DNA from: Callorhinchus milii
Taxonomy: Eukaryota
NCBI RefSeq assembly: GCF_018977255.1
Contig: NW_024704742.1
Span: forward strand, 20,524,001 to 20,588,000
Reading direction: 5' to 3'
DNA: 64,000 nt
Under the pieces are notes generated by a model that made no database searches, was not told where the DNA came from, and worked only from the letters and a program-made list of their open reading frames with translations. Below are positions 1 through 12,299 of this stretch, in pieces (position 1 is the stretch's first letter; each line of letters starts with the position of its first letter). Both the position numbers and the translations under genes were made by a program.

Positions 1-39
1 CCTGCCCCCCCACATTTATGCTACGTAAACTAGAGTAAA

Positions 40-200
40 TCTAGATCCAGGTGGAATTGCTGTCTAGCACTCCTAGACTGATTGAGCTGATTTCAGGAAG
101 TCACTGCAATTGGCATGAATGCCTGGGAGGGAGGGGGAAGTGAGAGAAAATGGAATCAGCCACTCCTGTTCATTATAGAGTGACCCAGGTTACACTCATA
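40..200 (+). mobile_element. Decayed LF-SINE-related SINE fragment
   Basis: Motif order GAGCTGATTTCAGG..CAATTGGC..GGGAGGGGGA..AATCAGCCA..CTCCTG..AGTGACCC resembles the remembered LF-SINE-type body and the copy at 49555-49900. Confidence 0.35.
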
Positions 201-837
201 TGCTAGGTGAGGTTTCTCATTCTCCACTACGTACATATACCTGAAACTCCCTGTTTTTTCTGTTTATCGCAATCCGTAGCTTGTAGGTCATCTGCTATCT
301 ATAATTGAGCTCTCCTGTTATCTCAAAGTTAATTACATAGCAGTTCACCTACAGTGTTATCAATTCTTTATTATCCCTGTATCATTCAAGTTAAAGAGTT
401 CAATACAATATACATGAAGTTTCAAACTGCATTTAGTAATTTCCCAAGTCATCTTTTGAATGACAGCATTTACTCTAACACTGAATGCTTGAAAAATGTA
501 CCCCCTGAATGATATATCTTTTAATTACAGTCAGTGATTCAGAATGCAATGAGGTGTTCACAGAAAGCTCAAACATTAATTCATATGACATACTGAATGC
601 ATCTACTGAATTTACTCGCTTTGCCCATTACACCTGTATTTACCCCTTAACCAGCAGCTTTATCAGTTCTTCCGATATTTGGCCTTAAGTACCACATATA
701 ATCTCACATATCTCTTTATTGTTTGAGTTTTCATTATAAGAAATACGTTTGACAATGCCACCAGCACATGCTACCATTATCAGAAAGAGGAAAGGATGTG
801 AATAGGAAGAAATGCTGCTTTTCTGACAGCAATAGTT

Positions 838-960
838 CATAGAATCATAGAATTTTACAGCACAGTAGGAGGCCATTCGACCGATTGTGTCTGTGCCCGC
901 TCTTTTCGAAAGAGATACCAACTAGTCCCACTCCCCCACTCTTACCCCATAGCCATAGAT
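838..960 (-). mobile_element. CR1 LINE 3' end
   Basis: CATAGAATCATAGAATTTTACAGCACAG..GGCCATTCG is the reverse complement of a CR1 3' UTR ending in (ATTCTATG)n; the same motif recurs at 18690, 19680, 34660 and 49147. Confidence 0.8.
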
Positions 961-1003
961 GCAGAATTTTATATATATAAAAAAAACTGAGGGAAACATA
1001 TGA

Positions 1004-1182
1004 TAATAATAATAATCCTCGCATTTGATACAGCGCCTTAACACGTCTTTGAGACGTCTCAAAGCACTTCACAGAATATACTGTAATGTAAATTGGCTGT
1101 ATATTTTGTGGGCGATACGTGGCAGCCAATTGCACAAGGCAATGTCTCATAAACAGGCATGGATTGAGTGACCAATTTGTTT
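1004..1182 (-). mobile_element. tRNA-SINE (Deu-like body, L2-type tail), 3' part
   Basis: (TAA)n tail followed by TCCTCGCATTTGATACAGCGCC..GGCAGCCAATTGCAC; matches about 20 other copies in the window. Confidence 0.85.
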
Positions 1183-1809
1183 TTGGGCTGAGGCTTAACT
1201 CAGGTGTTGGTCAAGGTAGCAAGAAGTAGAAAAAGAAATGAAAGTGAAGAGGGTGGAACAGGCAGCCAGGCAGATGAAGGAAGATAGACCTCAGGAATAC
1301 TCAGAACTGCTGCCAAGTAACTTCAGTGCTCAGGGTGGCAAAGGAACTGCTTTACTGTTGGACTAAAATAGTCTGATTGGGAACAGGAAAAGGCACCTCT
1401 TGTTTGAAAATTAGCAGCAATAACTCTAACAAGAACAAGCTGGAAGCAGAAAGAATAAGCTAATTCCAGAGGAATCATTTGACTTAGTCTGCTTGGAAAG
1501 GGATTTACTGGAGTGCTCATGATAGGATTTAGAAACGAATGTGGCTTCAGAAGAGGCTGAGGTGACTAGATCTTCACAAGGAGGTAGGGTAACTGAACAG
1601 TGCCGGTGGTGCAGAAAGGATCTGTGGGAATGCTTTGAAGGTTTGAGCAGGTCCAGAACTTTGTGTTACAGAGTTGGTGTCCTTTTTTGGAGCAGCTGGA
1701 ACTATTAACAGACTGTTAAGGGATGTACGAGATAAGAAAGCCTTGTGTGAGGATTGAAGGAGAAATGTCAGATTGGATTAAAATGAAGACAAACTACTTC
1801 AAGGGGGCA

Positions 1810-2085
1810 GCCCACTGTCAAACTTGAATACACAGTTCTGGTCACCGTGACACTGAGGGCTGCCCAGAACCAAAAGGCACCGCAGAGAAGAGCGATGAGG
1901 ATGATCCCCAGTGTTAGAGGAATGAACTATGAGCAACGATTGGACAAGCTAGCACTCTTCAATCTTGGGACAACTCCGAGTGGACCTCATAGAGCTAAAA
2001 TTTTAAAAGGGATGGAAAAGGTCAATACAGATCACTACTTTAGGATGCAAAAAGTAGTGACCAGTTTCTTCTGTAAAAACTGAGG
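1810..2085 (+). mobile_element. CR1 LINE ORF2 C-terminal fragment
   Basis: Translation QRRAMRMIPSVRGMNYEQRLDKLALFNL..KILKGMEKVNTDHYF is typical of the CR1 ORF2 C-terminus; the frame is disrupted. Confidence 0.85.
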
Positions 2086-3499
2086 CAAAGTACTCATTAT
2101 TCATACCTTCATTTTCGATGACTAGGTTTCTCTTTTCATTTCTAATTGAACCTACCCTTTATTTATCTTTCCTTTTGATTTTTATGCATTTATGAGATCC
2201 TTTAGAATTTTACTTTATATTCCCTGCCAGTCTTTCCTCAGGAAAGGTTTATTTTATTAGCTTATAGTTATGTATACTTGTGAGAAATAAATAAGTATAG
2301 TGGAGATGGGTGGGGAGAGAGGCTGAAGCAAAATAGAATTAGTCCTAATCCCCTCTACCAGCAAAATTATTTTGCCTCAAAGTCTTTATTTGATAGCACT
2401 AAGAACTCAATTTTGTCGAAGCACAAATTGCATCAGTTTAAACCAGTTAACAGAAACAGCAGAGGAAACAAAGGCACAATAACTACATCTTTACAATGAT
2501 TGTAACTCTCTTCAGTACAATGCTTCCTCCAGGTACAACATTACTTTCATTACCAGGTTACTGTCCCAACCAACCAGCTTGTTTCTTCAATTTTCAACAA
2601 CAGACATCTCAGATTGGAACAAGAGAGAAGTGATCAGATTCAACAAGTTGTAACACACAATATTATAACACTATGGTGGTTAATGAAATCGTATTTATAG
2701 CATTTTTAAAAGCATAAGCCACATTACTTTGATATGGAGTTGCGAAGGCAAAGAGAGAGAGGCAGAGATCACTCAAACAGGAGAGATTTACAAGCAGACG
2801 TTAAGAGAAGCACAAGAGAAAATAACAGATGCATTAAATGAGAAAACAATTTAGCCCAGTAACACTGATCCTTCCACATGTGCAATCTACCCTACCATGG
2901 AATGTCCTGCACCAATTTAATTTTGAAAGAGAAAATTCTGCATGAACACTCACTGATCTTCAGAGGTAACTGACTAAAACCCCAGGATATCCATCTACAC
3001 TTACATCTCCATTATTTACACTTGGTTGGTTAGATTTCACAGATGATATTTCTGTGCTTCCAGCAGCAGAGTAACCATCATATTCCAGTGGAGTATTTGA
3101 TCATCTCAGTTCATACGTATTCCAATAGCTTTCAATCACATTTCTGGCTAGATAAAATTATTCAGCACTTCATTGAAGAAATTAATTGACACAGCATCAG
3201 CTACTTTTTCGCTGAAAGTCTGGTGGATGTAATAACTACTTCATGTAGCAAACACTACCTGTCCTGTGCCTCATTCACCCACCATTCATCCTCAACTCTT
3301 TGGAATTTCTTACCAGAGTCCGTCCACCTCACACCATTCCTTCCCCTTTACAGCCTACCATAAAATCAGCCTTTTTGTCCACGCTCTTTCCCTCCATCTG
3401 GTTCTCCCCCACCCACCCACAATACATAGGTCGGGCTTCTAGTCAGCTGTGTATGAAACTCTTTGAGACACTCTCACAACACAAAAGGTGATACATGAA

Positions 3500-3850
3500 T
3501 ATAATAATCCTTGCATTTGATATAGCGCCCTGTCATGTTGTCGAGACGTTTCAAAACGCTTCACAGAATATACTGTAAAGGGTATCGACTGCATACTGTG
3601 GGCGAAACGCGGCAGCCAATTGCACACAATAATGTCCCACAAACAGCCTTGGATTGAGTGACCAAATAAATATTTTTAGTGGATTACTACCCCCAGAAAG
3701 AGCACTGCCAATCGACTGACAATCAGGCTTCTACTTAGGGCTAGGTAAACAGAGGCATGTGGAGTAGGGAAACTTGCCTAAGATTTCGCCCCACCTGGGA
3801 ATCGAACCCGGTGTTGAGAGGCAAGTGCTCTAACCAATGCATGACAAGAC
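3500..3850 (-). mobile_element. tRNA-SINE, near full length
   Basis: Tail at about 3500, Deu-like core AAACGCGGCAGCCAATTGCACAC, and a B-box GGGTTCGATTCCC on the minus strand at about 3797-3810. Confidence 0.85.
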
Positions 3851-4514
3851 AATATATCCTGTTGTTGTCTATGTGTGTGGGGTGTGTGTGAGGGAAAAAT
3901 TATTCTAATCTCCAGTCTCGCATCAGGCTTGTTAATTTATACCAATTCCCCACTCACATACCCATTAAGTAGTTTGCATACACCTGCAATATCTGAACCT
4001 CAGTATTTAAATGTATGGACGCCTCCAATATTTTTCTTTTCTGGTAATGGAATTTTTAGCTCTGTGAGTCTCTCGTCATTAATCATAGCCCTAAGTCCCA
4101 TGTGAGGCAGTAGGTGGAGGAGATGAGCATGAGCAATAAAGAGTAATCAGTTATATTGAGTGGGGAGTTTAGAAAAAAGAATGAAAAAGATAGCAAGCAG
4201 AGAGACAAAAAAATCAAGCATACTTTTGGAATGAAAGAGCAAATTCTAATGGCAAGGGAGCAGAACAGTGCTGGTGTGAAGAGCGAAATTGGGATAAATG
4301 CTGGCAGGAATCGAGGATTGAGTTATTTATGTCCATAAATGTAATGTCAGTATGTAATTTGAGAGATTAAATAAACTCATGTGTATATGCTGATAATTGC
4401 ACGTTAGCATCTTACAAATTAGAAGATAGGGTTATCTTTCACTTGGCTTGACTATTGATGGTATTGCTAATCAGTGTATATTTTACTCAAAGTCAGTCAC
4501 AAATATAGATTAAG

Positions 4515-5090
4515 GGGGAGGTCTCCTTCGAGTTGAACTGGCGCAAAAGTGACATGCCTGGCAATGGAATGTCTTAATTGAACCAGCCCTCTGTGGTGAT
4601 CTCGGTAGTCCAGTTCCTGAGTTAGCTGGGTCCGCAGTATTCCAGGATACTGCTGCTAACAGCATAGGCAGCCTGGTTCATTGGCAGGACCTGGAAGGGC
4701 AGACCAGTCACTGGGGGCAGGGACTCATCTCACTCAGCTCCTGTTAACCCTGCAAGTCCTAAAAGGTAGAATGATCCTTGCAGAAAAAGCAGTGGGAAAG
4801 CTTGCCAGATAGTGCACTCAGTGGCAAGCTGTGCAGTTTTAGCTGGCTAGACTCTAGCAATACCACAGCACATACTCTGGGGTCCCCAAGCCTTGTCTCT
4901 TACCAACTTGCACCTAAGACTTTCCAGAATTAGGTATGCAAGGTGAATCCCTCCAGCAAGAGAATGCACATTACATTCCAACAGTCTATCCCTGGGATTT
5001 CCATGTGTATGGATTTCTCAGCTTGGTTTGGATACTCTTAAGCAAGTTAATGGGTTTCTGCATGTGCCAGACACCCAGTTGCCACTTCCC
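4515..5090 (+). repeat. Unclassified ~570-bp interspersed repeat (element X), copy 1
   Basis: Collinear homology to 13200-13400, 14435-14530, 20020-20792 and 33310-33872; contains internal hairpins. Confidence 0.8.
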
Positions 5091-5654
5091 CGCCCCCCAA
5101 AATAAAGTATTTGTGTGTGCAGAAGGTTAATCAAAGTCTCTGGTTTCTATAGCCAATGAATATTTTATCAAAGAGCAAGTTGGCAATAGGAAATAAACTC
5201 TAAAGTAAATAAAATATTTCAGGGCTTATTCACTATAAGCATAGCAATTATCCGGCAAACAGTATCTTATCATGACTCAGAGCATGATTAGAGTTAACAT
5301 TGCAGAAACAAATCAACATTAAACATGTTTGGATAATTAGCAAAACATAAAACGTAATTTAAAACGATCCTAATGGTAAAGTAGACATGCTGCACATTTC
5401 TCCACGTTACAAATTAACATGACATAAGCAGCATGGAGTAAAACTGGAGTAAAAGGTCACTTAATTAACACTATTTGTTATAGATTTTCTACTTGTGTTT
5501 TGGGAAAATAGATCATATATAAAAATAAAATAATCCTGGTTTAGGTGAAAATGTATAAAAGGACTTCATAGAAGTTATTATAAAGTATAGTGATTGTTTA
5601 TCTGTAGGTGAAACGTAGCAAGGAAGAGTGATCAGAATCATTCCATAATAATAT

Positions 5655-5866
5655 TTGATAATAATCCCTCAAGAAAAATAAAATAATAAAATTGGTCACT
5701 TCAATCCACGACTGTTTGTGGGACACTGCTGTGGGCAATTGGCTGCTGTGTTTCGCCCACAGATATACAGTCAATTCACTTTACTGTATATTCTGTGAAG
5801 CACTTTGAGGTGTCTAGAAGACGTGAAAAGCGCTATATCAAATGCAAGGATTATTATTATTATTAT
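5655..5866 (+). mobile_element. tRNA-SINE 3' part
   Basis: TTGGTCACTTCAATCCACGACTGTTTGTGGGACAC..GACGTGAAAAGCGCTATATCAAATGCAAGG(ATT)n. Confidence 0.9.
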
Positions 5867-6139
5867 TCAACACACCACAGCAAAACCTGGTTCATTTCAC
5901 ACACGAAGGAATGTAAAGTCAGTACAGATGTCTTGAAGTCTGCATGTCCTTCAAACGTATTCCTAAAACAACCAAGCAACTGGAGGTAGAGTACAGCTGA
6001 GAATATATCGGGTGACTTAAGGTGGAAGACGAGTGCAACATTCCCATTCAAACACCTTCAGGATCTTGGGGCATTAGTTAATTGCTCTCTGGGAGGCCCA
6101 CCCCCATTACTAGAGTGTGAAGCATTGTGTTAGCAGGTC

Positions 6140-6930
6140 TTTTATAAATGCTATTACGTCCAGGCTTGACTATACTCACTCACTGCTTGCTAGGCCTTCC
6201 AACTCCACAAGCTGCAAATTATTCAGAGCTCTGCTGCTCGGGTGCTCTCCCGCACCAAGCTCCATGAACCTATCACATTCACCTGACTCACCCGACTTCA
6301 CTGGCTCCCCATCTCCAGGAGAAAAAAGTTGAAGGTCCTCCCTTTTAAAGCCCTCCACAGTCTTGTTCCTCCCTAACTCGGTAACCTACTGACATCTTAC
6401 CAATCTGCCTGTGTCTTCCATTCAGCGAGCCTGGTCCATGTCCCCTTCAATGCCCACCCCATCATCGGCAGTCAGGCCTTCAGTCTTTCTGGCCCTACAC
6501 TCTGGAACTCCATCCTGTATCCCTTCACCTCACCTCTCCCTTGCCTCCTTCAAGGCCTGTCTCAAGACGTTCCGCTTTCACCGTGCCTTTGGTCATCCTC
6601 CTACCCCGATCCCCCTTGCCACCATCCAGCATGAAAGGTGCTTATATAAATGCAGGTTGTTGTTCCAACCCCAGCCCGAGGGCAAACACTTGACTATCCA
6701 GCACCTTGGGATGTGCTCCTGACATGAAAAGCACAGTATAAATGCTTCTCTGTTATCTGTTAATACTCTGTTACCATTAATACCATTCTCTATTAATACT
6801 AGAGAATAGGGAGAGAAACCATTCACCTTATCCATCATTGGATAAACACTGTCAGCTTCAGATTCAGCTCTCAGCGCTTTGGGATGTCCTCCCAACGTGA
6901 AAGGCGCTCTATAAATGTAATTTTGTTGTG
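6140..6930 (+). mobile_element. L2 LINE 3' fragment plus stacked extra 3' tails
   Basis: SRLDY..SLLA, LHWLP-like and FKACLKT motifs; tails ending TATAAATGCAGGTTGTTG at about 6660, with further tails at about 6740 and 6930. Confidence 0.8.
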
Positions 6931-6984
6931 GTACTGTCTTGAGCAGGTATGGCTCTTCCCATTGTTACACAGGAAGTATAGGTG

Positions 6985-7365
6985 AAATATGATAAAGGAG
7001 TATAAGTAATGAAAAGGTTAGAGAAAATTAATCATGAAAAACTCTTTCCGCTGGTAGAGGATTTGTAGACAATAGGACATGAATTCAACATTGTAACAAG
7101 GGAGATAAAAACCTTAGAATATTCTAGATATCCAGAACTCCCAGAGCGTTTTCAGAGTATGGAACGATTACCAGGAGTGGAGGTTAGAGCAGGGTTAGCT
7201 GGAGTATTTCTTTTAAAAAAAGGATAAGAACAGAAAGAATAAGGAATATTAGCGGGAATCAGGAAAGAACAGGGAATTGTAATGAGGATGGGTGACTACT
7301 TCAAGGAGCAAAAATCGACTGAAATAATGAACTGAATAACTTCCTACATTTATAGGATTCTGTGC
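6985..7365 (+). mobile_element. Decayed CR1 3' fragment
   Basis: AAACTCTTTCCGCTGGTAGAGG..ATAGGACATGAATTCAA..TGGAAC..; ends in ATTCTGTG. Confidence 0.6.
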
Positions 7366-7654
7366 AACTATAACATCCTGTGCCACCTTGGGACGTTAAG
7401 TAGGACAACAAATTTTAGCATGTTCCATACGGTAATCATCAGTTGGTCTTGACATGCATCAAATTCTTGTTTAGAAAATTCATTGAGCGTATGGAGAAGA
7501 TGATCTACCAAAGGTTCTATATTTATTGCAAGACAATTTTTCCCCCTTTGCTCTCCATCCTTCACAAATGCTGGTTGCTGCCTGAAGGCTAAAATTCCTT
7601 CCCTATAGCATTATTCGAGATGGTAAAGGCCATTGCATACCTCAATCCAGATAA

Positions 7655-7958
7655 TTTCGCAGGGCAAAACTTTAAGCAAGGTTCCTCATTCCACACACGC
7701 CTCTGTTTACCTATCAGTAAGTAGGAATGCAGTTGTCAGTCAATTAGAAGATTGTTTCCGGGGGTATTGATACCTCCACACATAAAAAAAATCGGTGACT
7801 CAATGACTGTTTGTGGGACACTACTGTGTGCAATTGGCAGCCACATTTCGCCCACAAAATACGCAGTCAATCCACTTTACAGTATATATTGTGAAGCGCT
7901 TTGAGATGTCTGAATGACATCATAAAGCTCTATATCAAATCCAATGATTATTATTATA
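7655..7958 (+). mobile_element. tRNA-SINE
   Basis: GGGCAAAACTTTAAGCAAGGTTCCTCATTCCACAC..CAGTAAGTAGGAA.., followed by the family core and tail. Confidence 0.85.
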
Positions 7959-8434
7959 TACTTGGGAAGCTTGGGATTCAGGCGTTTTGAATATCTGAGT
8001 TTGTGTCAAAGCAGACAAGCTGGTCTTGTCTGGACAAAACATTTTTAAGACGGGTTCTTACAGAACCTGCGAATTTGAAGAACAAGCAATATTCACATCG
8101 ATTGTCCAAGATCTGGTAACTATGAACCAGTTTTCTCTAGTCCACAAATGTTATTAACAGTCCTTGAGATTCCTCTTTTCTAACCCTCCTCAATGTCTAC
8201 TCTTTTAATACACCGCCTCCTCAAGGGCTCACTAGTGCAAACGTCTGATGTATGAATCTCTGAGCACACTGCTGTCTGTATAAGGGAAATTCTCAAGAAA
8301 TGAACATCTACAGAGTTGACTTTTGACTAAGATAAATAAACTTTTGGCTGAAAGCAGAATTTTCTGAAAAGAAAGTGCTTCATGTTAAAGGAACATGCTT
8401 GACAGCCATAAATCAGGAGTGGTCTTAATAGTGC

Positions 8435-8610
8435 AATAAATAATAAACCTTGCATTTGAGACGTCTCAAAGAACTTCAGAGTATACTGTAAAGTTCCTAC
8501 TTACTGCTACGTAAACAGAGGCATGTGGAGTAAGGAAACTTGCTCAATATTTCGCCCTGCCCTGGAATTAAACTCAAGTCCTCTCGCTTGCTAGGCGAAT
8601 GCTGTAAAAT
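8435..8610 (-). mobile_element. Internally deleted tRNA-SINE
   Basis: Tail joined directly to the head-proximal part (GTGGAGTAAGGAAACTTGC..CCTGGAATTAAACTC). Confidence 0.7.
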
Positions 8611-9332
8611 AACAGAATTGCAGAGTAAAGTAATGCTAATCTGTAGCTCATCAGTTTAGGAGAATCATTTAAGCTTTTTACGCTGATAATGGTATATTTT
8701 TATATCTGTTTAAAAAAAGCCTAAGGAATTTTACTAGGAATTTACCACAGGATTCTGTGTTTTACTCTCCAAATTCCATCACTACCTGTACAAATGTTTG
8801 GCTGGGATTTATGGTGCAATTTAGACCGCTATGTCATAATAAAATCTAAATTTAAACACAATAAAATCCTCACCCCTTGGTAGAGGTTGATTTCAATACA
8901 ACATCATAAAGGGTGAATCAGAATGTCAATTTAAATACAGTGTACATTTGAAGAGAAGTGTTCCCAAATCAAAGTTTAGAAATCATTTCCTGAAGTGAGA
9001 TGTCAAAATCTAAATACAAAATTTCAGATAAGGTCTCACTTGGGCTCTATAGAACTAGAGCTGCACATCCTTACACTATATCTCCTGTAATAAAACATAC
9101 CATCCTGTTTGCTTTTTTGATCATTTTCTACACCCGAAACCAGCTCTGAATGTCTTATATATCTATTCCCCTACATCCTCCTTTCTTCGTCATCTATGTC
9201 AGGGATTGCCTGATCTACACCATTTCCTACTTCCCTTTATCCTCCTACCCACCTCCCCCAAAACACAGGCTTTCTCCCAGTTTCTTTATTTACTTTACTG
9301 TTATATATCTATTTTTTTCTGCCTTTTATTAT

Positions 9333-9475
9333 CAGAACACACTGTAAAGTGAACTGACTGTATATTTGTGGGTGAATGCGGCAGCCAATTGCGCACAGCA
9401 ATGTCCCACAAACAGTCGTAGATTGAAAATGACCAATTTATTATTGTTTTTGGTTTGGGAGGGATTATTATTAGG
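9333..9475 (-). mobile_element. Young tRNA-SINE fragment
   Basis: Nearly identical to 9977-10117 and 58480-58585. Confidence 0.85.
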
Positions 9476-9912
9476 CTTTTGATATCAGACACATCCTTTT
9501 CAGATTCCATCTGAAACTTTTGTAGTTTTCAAAAAAAATCACACCTGTTACAATTCTCAGTTGTCTTGCTCTAAAATGTGATAAGGCTATAATTTATATT
9601 TAAATTTTTTGGGTTGTCTGCAGAATTCGGCTGGTAAAAAACATCCACTAAAATATTTACCACCACAGGTGGGGTGGCAGAAATATGGTACAAAATTAGG
9701 AATTTTGACTCAATTAAAAGCCAATAGGTGAAACATGTTTATCAAGGAAGGGATTTGATCTTCTCCTTGCTGCTGAATGATTTAACAACTTGTGCTTTTG
9801 TCTCGATTTCCATTCAACAAAAAGGCTAACTTAATTTGATTCAACATTACATTTGTTATTAAAATTTCTTAAAAATGTACAATATTTCTTAGTTTCACTA
9901 CCAAACACCATG

Positions 9913-10160
9913 TAATATAATCCTTGCATTTGATATAGCGCTTTTCACGTCGGGAGGACGTCCCAAAGCGCTTCACAGAACACACGGTAAAGTGAATTGA
10001 CTGTATATTTGTGGGCGAACGCGGCAGCCGATTGCACACAGCAATGTCCCACAAACAGTCGTAGATTGAAAATGACCAATTTATTATTGTTTTTGGTTTT
10101 GGAGGGATTATTATTAGGCGTGTGGAGTAAGGAAACTTGCCCAAGGTTTCGCCCTGCCTA
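9913..10160 (-). mobile_element. Young tRNA-SINE copy
   Basis: CpGs are retained; tail AGCGCTTTTCACGTCGGGAGGACGTCCCAAAGCGCT; near identity to 58410-58590. Confidence 0.9.
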
Positions 10161-12299
10161 GGGCGAAAATATACATTTTCACTATCAAAAATAGTTTTAC
10201 TACTTAAATAATAATTCTTACATCCTTATATAATGAAAATATAGCTCCAAAAATCGATAATTAATGGTAACTGCAGAACGTACCAATAGGAAGGAGACCC
10301 AGGCCCTAATTTCCTCTACAGGGGATCTTTTTGAGATATGGTACTTTATGTATTTTATCAAACTCAAAAGATGAGGAGACTGAACGGACCCAGTGGTTCT
10401 TTAACAAACAACCTCTGGTCCCAAGTCTACTGTCAAACTGACTTGACCATTTTTTAATTTAAAATAAAAAATATTCCTTTCAGTGCAAAATAGCTTGGTG
10501 CTAAATATATGTAATGCGAAATCTAGTCTGACTGTTTTAGGCCAACAAAATATAATGTCTGTGCCAAAAATGTGCAATGTCTGCCTAACTAAAGAGAAAA
10601 CAAAATCAGACCAGAAGCAACTAATGTCATGGCTTCATAGTCCTTTGGGCTCTTATAAAGCTAATGAATACCAATAAATGACAAAGAAGAACATGATCAT
10701 TTGGGAATAAAGAACAAACTAACTAACAGGTCACTGTCTCGCCTCAAGGAGACAAATGCAAAAGGACTCACAATCTATTAATGCTTGTAAATTCAGTTGG
10801 AAATACTTTACACCAGCAATCTGAATGTTACAAATACTAATTTACTTGCACTAAGAGGGAGGTCTTAAAAGATTACTTCCTGACATCATAATGAAATAAA
10901 CGTGCCACACTGAATTTACAGCTTTTCCATTAAATCTCTCGATTTGCATTTTCTCGTGTTCCGTGGGGTCAAAAAATGGGTACAAATTTGGCTACCAATC
11001 ATTTCAGTGTCCAAGCCTTGAACTTCTTTCCTGCAATGGATTTTATTGAAAAGCAACGGATATCACTGCACACAGGTTATGGAGCTTATTTGCCACCACT
11101 GGGCAGGAAATATTACCCTGCCAAGTAGCTCAATTTCCCTCTCTTTTAAGTGGTCCTGTTCATAGGTTTTGTACTAGCTTACCAGGATGTCTGAAAGGCA
11201 GGATCTCAAAACAAAGATCTGCAAACAGGCTAATTTTGTTCATCCCAAAGCAAAACACTGCAATATCAGACCATCTCGAAATAGAAGAGATGCCAAAGAC
11301 CAATTTTAAAACATGCATGGTACCAGTTGGAGGGAAAATTATATTTTAGGGAACTCTCATTGTGTGTTCAATACAGACACACTCGGTTAAGTGTGTAGGC
11401 TGACCTGTTGGAAGTGGTGGAATTCTTCTCAAAGATAGATTCTACTCAAAGAGACCAAACATTTATTTGTTTTAAAAAATAGTAGGTCAAAACTGGAAAG
11501 GTGCAGGTATTCTAATTTGGTGAACAGGAACATTGGGAATCGCTTTGTATACCTGAATGGGAAAATTGATCACAACACAATGATCATAAGGCATCTCTGT
11601 ACATGTTTCTTCGTTGGTGCGATACAATGAATTTTCTAACAACTTTCCATTATTCATGCATGAACCTTAGCAATGAGTACCAGCCAGCCACTTTTCTGTT
11701 GAGGTCACCACAGTTGAGCCTGACCTCTCCTCTCCACGGTGCCACACATGGGTACAACTAGTAGATGCTGAAAAGGGATCAGGACCAGTAATCCTGAGCG
11801 ATATTAATCTCATTGAAAAATTTAGTACAAGATCATAGCAACAATTGTACACATATGCAATACATAGCTCCATCATAAGCCCATTGTATTACTGATTAAC
11901 AAGATTTACCAAAATGTCAAAGTATAGATGGTACACAACGAGCACAGGAAAATTAAGCACATTATTATCCCAGAACATGGGAAGTATATCTTTTTTTTAA
12001 GGAAAGCAACTATTTTACCAAACATTTCTTTAGAAGTAAAGGAAGACAGAACAGTTGGCTCCCATGAGATTTAGACCATGCTGTGAAGCAGTGTGGCAAA
12101 GCCACTGCAAAATCCTCCAGGTTTGAGAGAGGGAAGATATAACTAGGCACATTGAAAAACGAAGCATCATTGAATGGCTTTTAGAAATTCTAAAATATTT
12201 ATTCTTGCATTTTTGGACAGGATGGGACTGACAAGTTATTTTCCCTTACATTCCATGTTCACAGAATCAGTTCTCCCAACAGACAAAGCAACTTAATAT

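Noticed and set aside
8233..8275. Other AG..GT-bounded segments (here, and near 10770, 27270, 38000 and 48980)
   Set aside because: The splice sites are weaker or isolated, the peptides are unrecognised, and such matches are expected by chance.
9301..10144. Recurrent peptide NWSFSIYDCLWDIAV.. in several ORFs, resembling a gene family
   Set aside because: It is the translation of the non-coding SINE body.
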